A DNA stretch of 64,000 nt, taken from positions 1,674,001 to 1,738,000 of the forward strand of contig OZ361260.1 in NCBI GenBank assembly GCA_977018835.1, read 5' to 3'. The notes under the pieces were generated by a model. It was not told where the DNA came from. It did not search any database and was given only the letters and a program-made list of their open reading frames with translations. Position 1 is the first letter of the stretch; each line of letters begins with the position of its first letter. The translations under genes were made by a program, and so were the position numbers. Shown here one piece after another: positions 46,454 to 57,171 of this stretch. Source of the stretch: Minutocellus sp. GHC0000111. Taxonomy: Eukaryota.

Positions 46454-46587
46454 GCGACGGTGAGGAAAGGCCTGGTGACATGCCCGGGCAGATGATGATC
46501 CGGGAAACCTCACGGCAGTGCGACGGTGAGGAAAGGCCTGGTGACATGCCCGGGCAGATGATGATCCGGGAAACCTCACGGCAGTGC
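46454..46587. repeat. Perfect 66-bp tandem duplication
   Basis: Unit gcgacggtgaggaaaggcc...ggaaacctcacggcagt starts at 46454 and 46520. Confidence 0.95.
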
Positions 46588-46792
46588 ATGCGCTGGAAGC
46601 GCGGCGCCGCCAAAACACGCACCCTAGCTGGTTGAGTTGAGACGGCGCATCTTCAGGGATGTCAGGTTTTGTGCCTGCATACTCTTCGTCGATGCCTCAT
46701 TTCCCGCAACCCGCTATCTCCACCAGACCACCAAACCAGCGCACCAGCGCCCAGCGCTCATCATCACAACCCATAACCCCCCATCCACCGAG

Positions 46793-48181
46793 ATGAGAAT
46801 CGCCGCCGGCCGCCTAGCCTTTCTGCACGCCTCCCGTCTCGTTCAGGGTGGTCGAGGAAGCCTCGCCGGTCTCGCATCCATCACAGCCGCCGCTTGGGCC
46901 TCCCCATCTTGTTCGCCCAGCACATCGTCATCGACAACAAACGGCATATCTTTCTGCGAATCGCAGCGAGCACATTCGTCTGCCACCAGCCAGCTTGCCA
47001 TGAGCGATACTGCCGACCAAGAGTCATTGGGCGTAGTGCCCGGTGCCGTCGATCTGACCAATATCACAGGGTATCTCAATGCAAAAGACTCGTATGATCT
47101 TGATTGTGAACTCATGAGCACACCAGGTTTCTCATTGGAGCAGCTCATGGAGCTGGCCGGTCTTGCTGTAGCCGAGGCGGTCTACGCCGTCGTTCCACCC
47201 AACAGTGCTAGCAAGGACAAAAAGAAGATACTTCTCGTGTGCGGACCTGGAAACAATGGCGGAGATGGTCTGGTGGCCGCTCGACACCTCACATTATTTG
47301 GGTACGATTGTACCGTCGTGTATCCCAAGCAATCTAAACAACAACACTTTGTCAATTTGGTCAAACAAATGGAGGATGTGGGCGTGACAATTCTTGAGGA
47401 GATGCCACCGGAGGCCAAGGAGGGCAACTACGTGGCCATTGTCGATGCCATATTCGGCTTCAGTTTCAAGGGTGAAGGAGGCATTCGCGAGCCTTTTGGC
47501 ACCATCATCACGGATATGATTGCCTCGCAGGGCAAGGGAGATGGCAGTGGCACGTCCATCATTAGCGTCGACGTTCCCAGTGGGTGGGACGTCAACGGCG
47601 GCGATGGTGGTACTGCGTTCATGCCAGATGTTCTCATCAGCCTCACGTCGCCAAAGCTTAGCAGTAAGAAATTCACAGGCCGGCATTTTGTGGGTGGTCG
47701 ATTCTTACCGCCAGCGATAGCAGAAAAGTATGGAGTGTCCATGCCCCCCTATGAGGGTTTACAGCAGGTATGGGAACCTTAAAATGTCATTTTGGATCAA
47801 AAGAGATTATGCAGACAAGCGCACTTCCGTGATGTTGTTGGCTAACGCAATTCGAATTTCTTGGACCACCTTTGAATCGAATCTACTTCGCAGGTGATGG
47901 AAATAACTCAAGAGATGGTGCAGAAGATGCAAGGAGAGGAAAAGGAGACAAGCGATAGAGGCTGGGAGGAAGAGTATTACGCATATCTTGCAGAAAAGGA
48001 AGCAAAGATTGCAGCCAAAGAGGAAACAAACGAGAAGGAAACCGACGGCGAGAAAGCAGTGCATGACGACAGTGCTGAGGATTGGGCAATGCAGTATCAA
48101 GAGTACTGTATTGAGAAGGAGAGAGCGCTCGACGAAGCCGAAAAGAAGAAAAAGAAGAAGCTACAAAAGAGTGAAGAATAG
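46793..48181 (+). CDS. NAXE: NAD(P)H-hydrate epimerase (YjeF_N); exons 46793-47767 and 47894-48181
   Basis: FSLEQLMELAGLAVA, CGPGNNGGDGLVAARHL, IVDAIFGFSF, SVDVPSGWDV, HFVGGRFLPP. Intron 47768-47893 gives QQ|VMEI plus a charged tail. Mitochondrial-like presequence. Confidence 0.93.
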
Positions 48182-48242
48182 TTCGCATTGAATAATTACG
48201 TAGTTTAAGGAAGTAAGTTAGCTGCATAATCTTATGATATGC

Positions 48243-51200
48243 TTATGAATTGTATGCCCTGGCCGGCGTCATGCCGACTTCTGTTATGTAAGCAGTGCTG
48301 CCCGCCTCGGTGGCATCGTCTGGACATCCCGATAGAAGCGAGGTGTTCAAAGGACTTGCGGTATAATCGAGAGTATTGGGCGATTCAACACTTGCCCCAG
48401 GTGATTGGATATTTCTGTCCTCGCTATTGGCCGCCATATCTGCAAGGTTGAAGTACATTGGTTTCCCTTGATCTTTTGTTGGAGAGTGAGACTGTGATGC
48501 TGGGGCGCTCGATACCTTGCTTTCACCTGTACGCGACGCAAATGGATCCGAACTACGACGCTGAGCAAAGCCTGCGTCATCCGTTGGTGATCGCCGGAGA
48601 GTGAGACTGACGCCGAGTCCGCCGGCATCAAAATTGGGCTCACTTTGGGCGGACATGTTCGATCCAGCCCTGCGCATGAAGGCACTTCCATTATTCTCAA
48701 GGCAAAACATCGAGTCGAAGTCACTTGCGATGTCCGCTGTTGGCCCCCTACTGGGAGCACGGGGAGGTAATATCTTCCTAGTAGTTCGGAAGATCCCGCC
48801 GTCGGCTTCATCGGCGGCAGGAGTCTTTCGGCCGGTTCGAGAAGGCCGTGCCGGAGACGGGGCCGGGGGAAAGCGAAGACCTTCTTGCTGCGTTTCCTGG
48901 ACCTTTGCTTCTTGGTCCTTCCCGAACAGCTCCTCAGCCGCGCCGTCTTGACGGGAGGGGATCTGCTTGATGACTGGAGGCGACGCAAGAATATTGGTGG
49001 AGGCCAAAGAATCCGCAGGTGACGCGAGAAAGCGATCATTGCCGTCGTTGCGCATTCTTTGCGTAACAAACCCGGACGGTGACGCGACGGACATTGCTGC
49101 ATTTGTACTCGCTGTGGCCACAGATCCAGCGGAGGCCGAGCCAGCGGAATCGGAATTGTTGATAGTGGTTGGCCTCGGAGGAGCTCCGGGTGGAGCTGGA
49201 GTCTCGCAGCGTTGTTTTGGAGTTTGCGTCAAGTGCCGACCAAATGGAACACTTTGACTTGTATCTCCCCTTGTACCCGTCACCTTGAGCACGCTCAGTT
49301 GAGCGGCTGCATGATTTAGGAGAGCAATACCAAAGTCTTGATCATCGGTGCCCTCAGGAATGTTCAGGTCACCTTCCCACTCCATATAGGAACCCTTATC
49401 AACGAAGCCGAGGCTTTCCAGTACTGTGATCCCACCGGAGATGGAGCCGACTTTGTTTTTGAAGTTGGCATTTGTGGTGTAAACTCGTCGATAACGCTTG
49501 GATGATGCGTTGGAGGACAGGTTGACGACGTACAGGTAAAGCATCTGAGCGCATGCCTTGATAGTATCGGCCTGATTCTTCACAGGATTTGTCAAAATAT
49601 CAATCGCGCGGGAGAAGGCTTCCCTACCTATTGGTTCTTCGGGTGTAGGTCCAAGATCTTCAACTTCGAAGGTTGGTGGTTTCAACGCTCGACCCTGGGC
49701 AGCTACGGCAGCAGCTGCCGCAGCGACAGCATTCTGCTCTTCCTCCTTGCCAAAGACGGATCTTTCCGGGCTCATTTCCATATCTAAAGTCACGTCCAAA
49801 TCTGTGACTTCAGGATCGTCACCATCCTTACAACCAGGTACAGGGCTGAGTTCCCCGGTCTCGAACATTCGACTGGGCGTTTCGTACATACTGGCCACGT
49901 TGGCCGCTACTGGCAGTTCAGCCGTCTCGTAGTCGGAAACTTGCTTCCCACCCAGCAGCATAGTCTCCAAACGCTCAAAGGTTGTTGTCACCTCGCCCAA
50001 TTTTTCGTCGGCTCGGTCCATACTGGTGCTGCCATTGTCCGATTTGGCGGCGTCCTTGATGGCCTCACGCACACCAATCAGCTGACACTTGAGCTTCGTA
50101 ACGAGCACGGCTACGGCAACGTCCGGCACCGACCCGTCGCTGTCCCCACCGATACTGCGAGGAGTACCCTGTGGCTGCAGCCGAATCTCAGCATTCCGAT
50201 ACGGCGTCACCGCCGGCGTCGACATGGTCACCGACGACGACCGGCGGAGCAGGTCCATCGCCGAGTTGGTAACGGCCTGTCCCTTCTCGTCGGCCTTGGC
50301 CTTGAGAGTCCGTTCCTGCACCGCCACAAACTTTTCCACCGCCGACGTGAGGTTTTCAAGGCGATTGGCTATATCCGGTGGAGTGCTACTTGTAGGTTCG
50401 ACACCCGTACTCTCATAGGTATAGTCGGCTGTATGGTAGCGTTCATCCTCATCGTACGTCGTATCGTTGGCCATGGTGGCAGCACCACCTCCTCCTCCAT
50501 TGCCCGCCACATCACCCTCTTCCTCACCATTGCCAAGATATTCATCGAGGTAGTCGTAGATGGTCTCATCTTGCTCATTGGTGGTGTGATCCACTTCTTG
50601 CTCCAGTTCAGTTGCTGCATCACCACCCTCTTCCTCTTCATATCCTTCCTCGATGGTGGAATCGACGGTGGTTTCGTTGACGGTAGCAGCCGTCGCTTGT
50701 CCAGCACCTCCAGCTTTGAACTTGACGCTCCCAACAGCTGCGGTCTTTTTAAGACTTTCATCTTGCGCCAACGACGGAGCCGAAGGTGGCGGAAACAGCA
50801 CAAAGTCACCGCCGTTGAGCCACCGAAAGGCCGCGATGGCCGTCACTCCCAGAATGCCGCCCACCGTCAGGGGCAGGGCCAGGCCGGGTTCCGCCAGGAC
50901 CTGCTGCTGGTGTGGTGATGTTTGTTGCTGGTACGGCTGCATGGCCTGATTATTGTCCGCATAGGGCGTAATCTGCTGCTGCTGCTGATAAGGCGGACCT
51001 CGTCCATACTCGTTGGCATACTGCCCCCTCTGGCGCCTCAGGCTCCGATCGTGGCTTCGATTCCGATGCTGCCGATCATAATTATCGAAATCATCGTCAC
51101 TTTCTTCGTTTTCATTATCATCCCACGCACCGTCCATCTCTTCACTTTCCTCCAATTCAACCATCCTCAAAGCCTCGTGCACTTCTTTGGTAGTCAATCC

Positions 51201-51623
51201 CTTGCTGCGAAGGTAGCCAATCTTGTCGTCGAGGGGCAAATGGACGACCGATGGGTTGGTCAAAAATCGCACGGCCCGGCTCAGCTTGGGGTTGGACTGC
51301 CGCATATTGGCACCTCCTTTTCGCCGTCCCATCGTGCGATGCTTATTGTTGATGCTGCCGCTGTTATTGAGTCCGCTGGCAGCAGCAGGTTCTGCCTTTG
51401 CATTCTTCGGTCGTGGCTGAGGCTGCACCGCGTGCGTTATCGGCGCGTTATGTGCTATGCCAGGACTGTCGTGTGATTTCATGCTCCGACCACCGCCGGA
51501 AGAATCCAGAGACGACGACTCTGCCACCGCACCATAAAGAGACGATGGGGCAGAGGTAGGGATGTTTGATTTGGATGGAGCGTCGGTAGTGCCGGCAGCA
51601 CCTGTCTCGGCCACAGTCACCAT
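48243..51623 (-). CDS. PEX14: Peroxin-14-like protein (Pex14_N, TM, coiled coil) with a PUB domain
   Basis: AVRFLTNPSVVHLPLDDKIGYLRSKGLTTKEVHEAL (Pex14_N), a hydrophobic segment, and PUB-like MLYLYVVNL..N....RYRRVYTTNANFKNKV....GG..VLESLGF. Confidence 0.8.
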   Translation of the reverse strand: MVTVAETGAAGTTDAPSKSNIPTSAPSSLYGAVAESSSLDSSGGGRSMKSHDSPGIAHNAPITHAVQPQPRPKNAKAEPAAASGLNNSGSINNKHRTMGRRKGGANMRQSNPKLSRAVRFLTNPSVVHLPLDDKIGYLRSKGLTTKEVHEALRMVELEESEEMDGAWDDNENEESDDDFDNYDRQHRNRSHDRSLRRQRGQYANEYGRGPPYQQQQQITPYADNNQAMQPYQQQTSPHQQQVLAEPGLALPLTVGGILGVTAIAAFRWLNGGDFVLFPPPSAPSLAQDESLKKTAAVGSVKFKAGGAGQATAATVNETTVDSTIEEGYEEEEGGDAATELEQEVDHTTNEQDETIYDYLDEYLGNGEEEGDVAGNGGGGGAATMANDTTYDEDERYHTADYTYESTGVEPTSSTPPDIANRLENLTSAVEKFVAVQERTLKAKADEKGQAVTNSAMDLLRRSSSVTMSTPAVTPYRNAEIRLQPQGTPRSIGGDSDGSVPDVAVAVLVTKLKCQLIGVREAIKDAAKSDNGSTSMDRADEKLGEVTTTFERLETMLLGGKQVSDYETAELPVAANVASMYETPSRMFETGELSPVPGCKDGDDPEVTDLDVTLDMEMSPERSVFGKEEEQNAVAAAAAAVAAQGRALKPPTFEVEDLGPTPEEPIGREAFSRAIDILTNPVKNQADTIKACAQMLYLYVVNLSSNASSKRYRRVYTTNANFKNKVGSISGGITVLESLGFVDKGSYMEWEGDLNIPEGTDDQDFGIALLNHAAAQLSVLKVTGTRGDTSQSVPFGRHLTQTPKQRCETPAPPGAPPRPTTINNSDSAGSASAGSVATASTNAAMSVASPSGFVTQRMRNDGNDRFLASPADSLASTNILASPPVIKQIPSRQDGAAEELFGKDQEAKVQETQQEGLRFPPAPSPARPSRTGRKTPAADEADGGIFRTTRKILPPRAPSRGPTADIASDFDSMFCLENNGSAFMRRAGSNMSAQSEPNFDAGGLGVSLTLRRSPTDDAGFAQRRSSDPFASRTGESKVSSAPASQSHSPTKDQGKPMYFNLADMAANSEDRNIQSPGASVESPNTLDYTASPLNTSLLSGCPDDATEAGSTAYITEVGMTPARAYNS

Positions 51624-52048
51624 TCCTTATCAGCTCGCCAAGCCAAGGTGCCCGAAAATCACTGGATATTTATGTGCTTTTTTTTGGTTTCGTGCTCGAG
51701 AACGCCACGCCGCTACGGAAAAGGTTGCCACGCACCACTTGACAAGATATCTTCTGCTTTACTTCAATCTTAGCAGCAGCAAGCACCTCCTCTCTCGTCC
51801 GATACCACCACGAAGCCGGCTGGCACCTGAAAATGTGACGATGATGAGAACATTTTTTTGCCGCGCCCGCCACCCATCCGCGCCGCGCCGGCCACGCCTG
51901 TAATTTTTTAAGGGTTTTATTTGTTCTGCTCGTCGTCGGGCAATTTTTTAGATTTGGTCCGTCCGTCGGCAGTGAAAAATCCCAGATCGATCGATCATCT
52001 CAGATCTCAAAAGAAACTTGCTTGGAGCAAACAGAAGCGACCACGGCC

Positions 52049-52900
52049 ATGCTTAGCGGCACCGCCAGCACGACTGCACCTCGTCTCGTATTGGTTGGTT
52101 CTGAATCCGCAAAAGGCGCAGCGAAAATTCCCCAGAGACTGATCGGCACCTATTCATCCTCCTCCGCCATAGCCACACGAGTGATCCCCGGCCTCTCCCA
52201 CCTCCAGTCCTCCACCCGCTTTCAGGTGACGGCCGTCCCCGCCCTCTATGGTCTGAACAGCCTGGCGGCCCGATCGCTCAGCTCCAATGCTGGTGGCGAA
52301 GGCGACAAAAAGGCCGACGCCAAAAGTGCCGAAGGTGCCGAAGGAGGAGACGATGCCAAGCACGAGATTGTCCTCACCCCCGGCCAAAAGGTCGTGGCCG
52401 GCACCCGACTGACCATGTGGGCGGGCATCTTCTGCTTCGCCACGGCCTGCGCGTACTACATCGGCAAGGAACTCATCCCCACCAAGATGAGTCCCAACGC
52501 CGTATTCGACAGGGCCACCGAACTGATCCGGGCCAACGGCGAAGTGTCGCGACGATTCGGCGAACCCCTCAAGGCCTACGGGCGGGATCACGGGGGACAT
52601 CGGGAGGGGCGGCGCAACTTCATCGAGCATACGGAGTACACCGACAAGGAGGACGGGAGCAAGCGGACGAGGGTTCGGTTCAACCTCGAGGGCAAGTTTG
52701 GAAAGGCATTCGTGTTTGCCGAGGTATCGTCCGACATGCCCTCGGGAGAGTTTGTGTATGTGCTGGTGCAGGACAAGGCCAACGGTCGGGTGTTCACGGT
52801 GGTGGACAACCGATCCAAGTTGGCGGCCGCACGGATGGCCGGTGGCAACAAGGAGGGTATGGAGGCACTCCAGAATCTTCTTGGTGGAAGCAAGAGCTAA
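52049..52900 (+). CDS. TIM21: Mitochondrial import inner membrane translocase subunit Tim21
   Basis: Presequence, TM helix, ELIP...SPNAVFDRA, FGEPLKAYG...GRR, RVRFNLEG..GKAFVFAEV. Confidence 0.88.
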   Translation: MLSGTASTTAPRLVLVGSESAKGAAKIPQRLIGTYSSSSAIATRVIPGLSHLQSSTRFQVTAVPALYGLNSLAARSLSSNAGGEGDKKADAKSAEGAEGGDDAKHEIVLTPGQKVVAGTRLTMWAGIFCFATACAYYIGKELIPTKMSPNAVFDRATELIRANGEVSRRFGEPLKAYGRDHGGHREGRRNFIEHTEYTDKEDGSKRTRVRFNLEGKFGKAFVFAEVSSDMPSGEFVYVLVQDKANGRVFTVVDNRSKLAAARMAGGNKEGMEALQNLLGGSKS

Positions 52901-53475
52901 TTGGTTGGCGGTGAATGCGTGCATAAACATACATGTACGAGTTTTCCAAATATTGGTCTCCTCGCTCTGCATAGCATTAGATCTACTAGTAATAACATCA
53001 TAGATATGTGGAAGATAAGTTCGAGAAACCAAATGTTCTATTCCATTTACATCTCTCTAAGCCAAAGGAAATCTTGCCGATTTCCAATAAGTAACTCTTG
53101 CGTATGCGTTCAAATACACACGCAAAATCCAAGAAGCGAAGTACCACGCGGCGGCATTTTTCTCTCATCTCGCACGCACACCACTCGCCTCCCAAAAGGT
53201 AGACGCCGACGCCTAGCAAAAACGCCGACCATCCAATAAGTAAAATGTATAACGTTTTTCCAGAGATCACACCAACTCTCCATCGGTGCGCTCCAAATAA
53301 ATAAAAGGTGGAACTTGCTTGTTCAGCGAGCCCACCCAAGTGTGTTAGTTTCGTTCACCACGTGACATCGTGATGAAACGTCAATAAATAAATATTAGCC
53401 CAAATAATTGTTTTTTCACAACCGTCGTCAGATACATAGCATACGCATCCGATCCGACATTTGCAAAAAATCAAT

Positions 53476-54541
53476 TTAGAAGTAGGCACCACCGACCCAC
53501 TCGTTGATGATGTCGATCATGGATCGGCCGGTGACGGCGGAGTTGCCCATCAGGGCGACGATGCCGAGCATGGCAAGACGGCCGTTGATCATCTCGGCGG
53601 TCTTGGTAACGCCCATGTCCTTGTAGTTGGGGATGAGGCCATAGGGCTCCTCGTCCTCGGTGCCGGGCTCAAGAAGAAGGGGGTCGGAGAAGGGGAGGGG
53701 GCAGAGGGTGGCGCAGACCGAAAGGAAGAGGAAGTGAACGTTGGCGATGAGGATGATGGCGCGCTCGTTGGTGATGGTGTCCTTGTTGGAGATGGTGGCG
53801 AGGGTGCCCCACTCCTTGAGGTTGAGGATGGTGTCGGCATCGGGGATGAGTCCGTGGCCCTTGGCGTAGGCGGTGGCGCACATGAAGACCCAGCCGAACA
53901 TGGCGTGACGGCCGTTCCACTTCTCGGCCTGGACGGAGGGACCCCAGCCGTACTTGGCGAGGGGGGCGTACTCCTCCTTCCAGTCCTTGACGCCCTCGCC
54001 GAAGACGTCCTCGGGGAACATGGAGGGGTAGAAGTTGAGGCTGGAGGAGCTGCGCATATGATAGCATATGATCGAAATAAGAAATAATCAGGTCATGATA
54101 TCAAGCACATATCGAGAAAACCATTCCAAGCAGGGCAGATTTTTCGGGGCAAGCGGTTCGTGACGGAATTTGAGAGAAATAAGCAAAAAGAACACAAGGC
54201 GTATTAGGATACTGTAGCGTGCGATATTCTGAGCGCAAAACACATATATTGCCTGCGGTATCTTGCCATCGTTGGCCGCAATCCACCCGCCATTCTCGGT
54301 AGCCCCTCCCTCGTTGCTCTTCGGTACCGATACCAAAGAAACCCGGAAACACCGCCGATCCTTCGTCTCGCTTCGTTCAACTTGCCGGCCCATCATGTGT
54401 TTCGCCGCGGTATTCCGCCGCGAAAGGCACCCGCAAATCGAGCACGCACCTGGGGGCGGCGACCTTGTTGACCGAGGTCTGGGGGGCGAAGGCGGCGGCG
54501 GAGCCGGCCAGGGCAAGGGTAAGGGCGGCGGTGGTCTTCAT
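53476..54541 (-). CDS. RedCAP: RedCAP (red-lineage chlorophyll a/b-binding-like protein); exons 54541-54450 and 54049-53476
   Basis: MKTTAAL...SAAA-FAP presequence. GWGPSVQAEKWNGRHAMFGW, EWGTLATIS..TITNERAIILIANVH, AEMINGRLAMLG, INEWVGGAYF. Intron 54050-54449. Confidence 0.92.
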
Positions 54542-54822
54542 GGTTGCTGGTCCTTGGAGTTACTTTTGAGCTCATGGAGCAAAAGCAAGGCAACGTAAGA
54601 GAAAAACGGGATCAGACAAACCAAGCGATTGAATTTCGGTGACGTCATATGGTCTTGCCATCGTTCGAACGATCTGCCCTCACGTTCATTTCAGCGACCA
54701 ACCAGCGGGGCTTCAAGGTATCGTATCAACAAGACAGAGACGAGCCGCCTGGCTTACGAAATGCACACATCCATCCCAACATCTGATATTCCAGGCCTTT
54801 GTATAGAGCTTATTATATCAAC

Positions 54823-55718
54823 ATGGGCGTATTACAAGGATTCGCGACGAAACGGCCGAGCGATTGGAAACCGCAACAAGATGACGAATCGTCCTCCACT
54901 GCCGACGACACAATAATACGAAGGAATACTCCCCTTGCCACTCCACCATCAGCATCGCTTGCGGCGGCACCATCACAACCGCATCAAGTAGTGGTAGAAG
55001 AGGAGGTGGAAAATCGAGGCATAGCGGCGGCCAAACACTTGGTATGCGGCGGAGTAGCGGGCTCCGTGGCGAAAACGGTAACGGCACCCTTCAGTCGGCT
55101 TACCATCCTGTTCCAAGTGCATTCCATGGTAACGACCAAGGAGCACCGACCGCGTTTCGCCATGACGATGGGCGAGGGCGTGCAAAAGATTGTCGAGCGA
55201 GGCGGCTTCCGCAGTCTGTGGAAGGGCAACGCCACCAGTGTCCTCCATCGATTCCCCTTCTCGGCCATTAACTTTTCGTCTACGAGAATGCGCTCGATAC
55301 GCTCAATGGACTACAGAGGGAGCATGAGGATGAGGATGGCCATCCCACCCCGGCCAAGAATGAGACGAGCAAATTTCATCGCTTCATTGCCGGTGCCACG
55401 GCAGGAAGTATGGCGTGCATCGCTTGCTATCCGCTGGATCTGGTCCGTACCCGACTCACGACGGAGCTGGAGGGCCGGGAACACTACCGGGGCATAACGG
55501 ACGCCTTTCGCAAAATTGGCACATCGGAGGGTTTGATGGGGTTTTACTCAGGTATTGGTCCAACATTGGCCGTGGCGGTACCCAGCTTTGCCATTTCCTA
55601 CACAGTTTATGGAAGTTTGAAGGAGTATGCGTTGGACGATGACTTATTTTACAACCTTCGCAAGGTTGATGATAAAAGTGGAGAGGAGACCATGAACCTA
55701 TTAGTTATTTTATTGTAA
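54823..55718 (+). pseudogene. Mitochondrial carrier family protein, frameshifted and lacking its third repeat
   Basis: GGVAGSVAKTVTAPFSRL, LWKGNATSVLHRFPFSAINF, then a 1-nt deletion in the T-run at 55273-55276, then AGSMACIACYPLDLVRTRL and GFYSGIGPTL. Ends abruptly near 55690 in AT-rich sequence. Confidence 0.8.
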
Positions 55719-55777
55719 TAAAATTATTCTGCTTAATTTTCACCGGTACCTAGGTACAGTCCATAAATCGACCGGGT

Positions 55778-56917
55778 TTATTGCGGGAATAGATCACCAC
55801 AATAGGCATCGATGATGCTGCCTTTATATTCTCCAATATTTTGAAGATGTAATATGTACTGATCTCGCTCTTCGGTTCTCATGGCCTCAAGGGCTGCATC
55901 GCATGCCTTTTCCGAGTCCTCCAGTTCCTCTTTGTTTATGTCCCCAAGAATTACCATGTCTTTAAGGAAAGTCATTGCCTTTTTGTCCCCAAGTTGTGCC
56001 GAAATGCGCACGTGTCTAGTTCCAAGATCACGGTTCCCATTTACATGGCACTCAAAAAGACCAAGTCTTAAGTGAGCATCGGGATCTCCATTTTTTGCTG
56101 CGAATTCCCAGTGTAACCTCGCCTTTAGATTACTCTTGGGAAGGCCGCCATAACCGCCGCCAAAGTATCGCGTGCCAAGATTCAAATTTGCTTCGATGCT
56201 GCCAAGATCCGCGGCTCGCTGCAGCAAACCAAGGGCTTTCGCGATGTCCACTTGAAGACCGAAATCTCCTTCGTCGTAGTGCTTGGCGAGATGAAACATC
56301 GCGCAAGCATCGCATGAATCGACTCGTGCCACGATGCTCTCAAATATTTTCTCATCGGAATCGGGTGCCAAATGTCTACAAAATGGACACGCACCATCGG
56401 CGTCGACCTTATGATGCGCATAGACACAGCCGGAGCAAATAACTTTACCACAGCATTGCATGTACGTTTGCATTGAGGAATCCAAAGGCATCACAACCAT
56501 GCAGATGGGGCATTCTGGTCTTGGCCTCGGATTCCACAAGCTAAACTTCTCCTCCTTTTTGGCGCCACCCTTCCCCTCCATTTCCTCCTCTTCACTCTGT
56601 TCCTCCTTGGCCTCAAGTTCCTTCTTGATGCGCTTGCATTCCTTCTTATGTGATTTCCTATGATCGATCTGGCAATTCACACCGCAATACGAAACCGATT
56701 TGCACGCCGTGCATCTCTTGAGCGTAGAACCGGTCTTGCCGCGCGAGGCGCAACACTTATCCGAATCTTTGCTGACACTCGTTGGCGAGTCATCGGCGGC
56801 CAGCGTCATCGATCCAAGCTGGTCGGACGCGCCGGCCAATGCCTCCTCGTCGTCTGCTCTGGTCCTATAACCAGCACATGTGCCTTTGGGGATGCTATTG
56901 CTATCTTTATTCTCCAT
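55778..56917 (-). CDS. MYND-RING-Sel1 repeat protein
   Basis: LKRCTACKSVSYCGVNCQIDHRKSHKKEC, PECPICM...CCGKVICSGC...CPFCR, Sel1 repeats. The second MYND Cys reads Arg (CASRG). Confidence 0.88.
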   Translation of the reverse strand: MENKDSNSIPKGTCAGYRTRADDEEALAGASDQLGSMTLAADDSPTSVSKDSDKCCASRGKTGSTLKRCTACKSVSYCGVNCQIDHRKSHKKECKRIKKELEAKEEQSEEEEMEGKGGAKKEEKFSLWNPRPRPECPICMVVMPLDSSMQTYMQCCGKVICSGCVYAHHKVDADGACPFCRHLAPDSDEKIFESIVARVDSCDACAMFHLAKHYDEGDFGLQVDIAKALGLLQRAADLGSIEANLNLGTRYFGGGYGGLPKSNLKARLHWEFAAKNGDPDAHLRLGLFECHVNGNRDLGTRHVRISAQLGDKKAMTFLKDMVILGDINKEELEDSEKACDAALEAMRTEERDQYILHLQNIGEYKGSIIDAYCGDLFPQ

Positions 56918-57171
56918 CTTTCTACGGTTCCACGTCCCGGCGTCCCTGTACATGTATGACTGGAACTTTGAACTTTTCTGTTTTTCCGATTCCCGCAATT
57001 TTTGGTCTGGCCGTCCATCCGTCATCCCAGCCCGATTTCAGTTCAGCTCAAGTCAAGCAAACATTTGCTTCTTGCTTCTCCGGCCTTCCATCCCACTCCA
57101 AAGACAGAGCGAGACGAGCCTCAAGAGGAAGGACCGGCAAAAAGCACAAAAGTTACCAACCGATTCACACC

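Noticed and set aside
46454..46519. Hammerhead-like look of the 66-bp unit (CTGGTGA...GAAAC)
   Set aside because: Lacks the UH cleavage site, an exact CUGANGA and a proper stem II closure.
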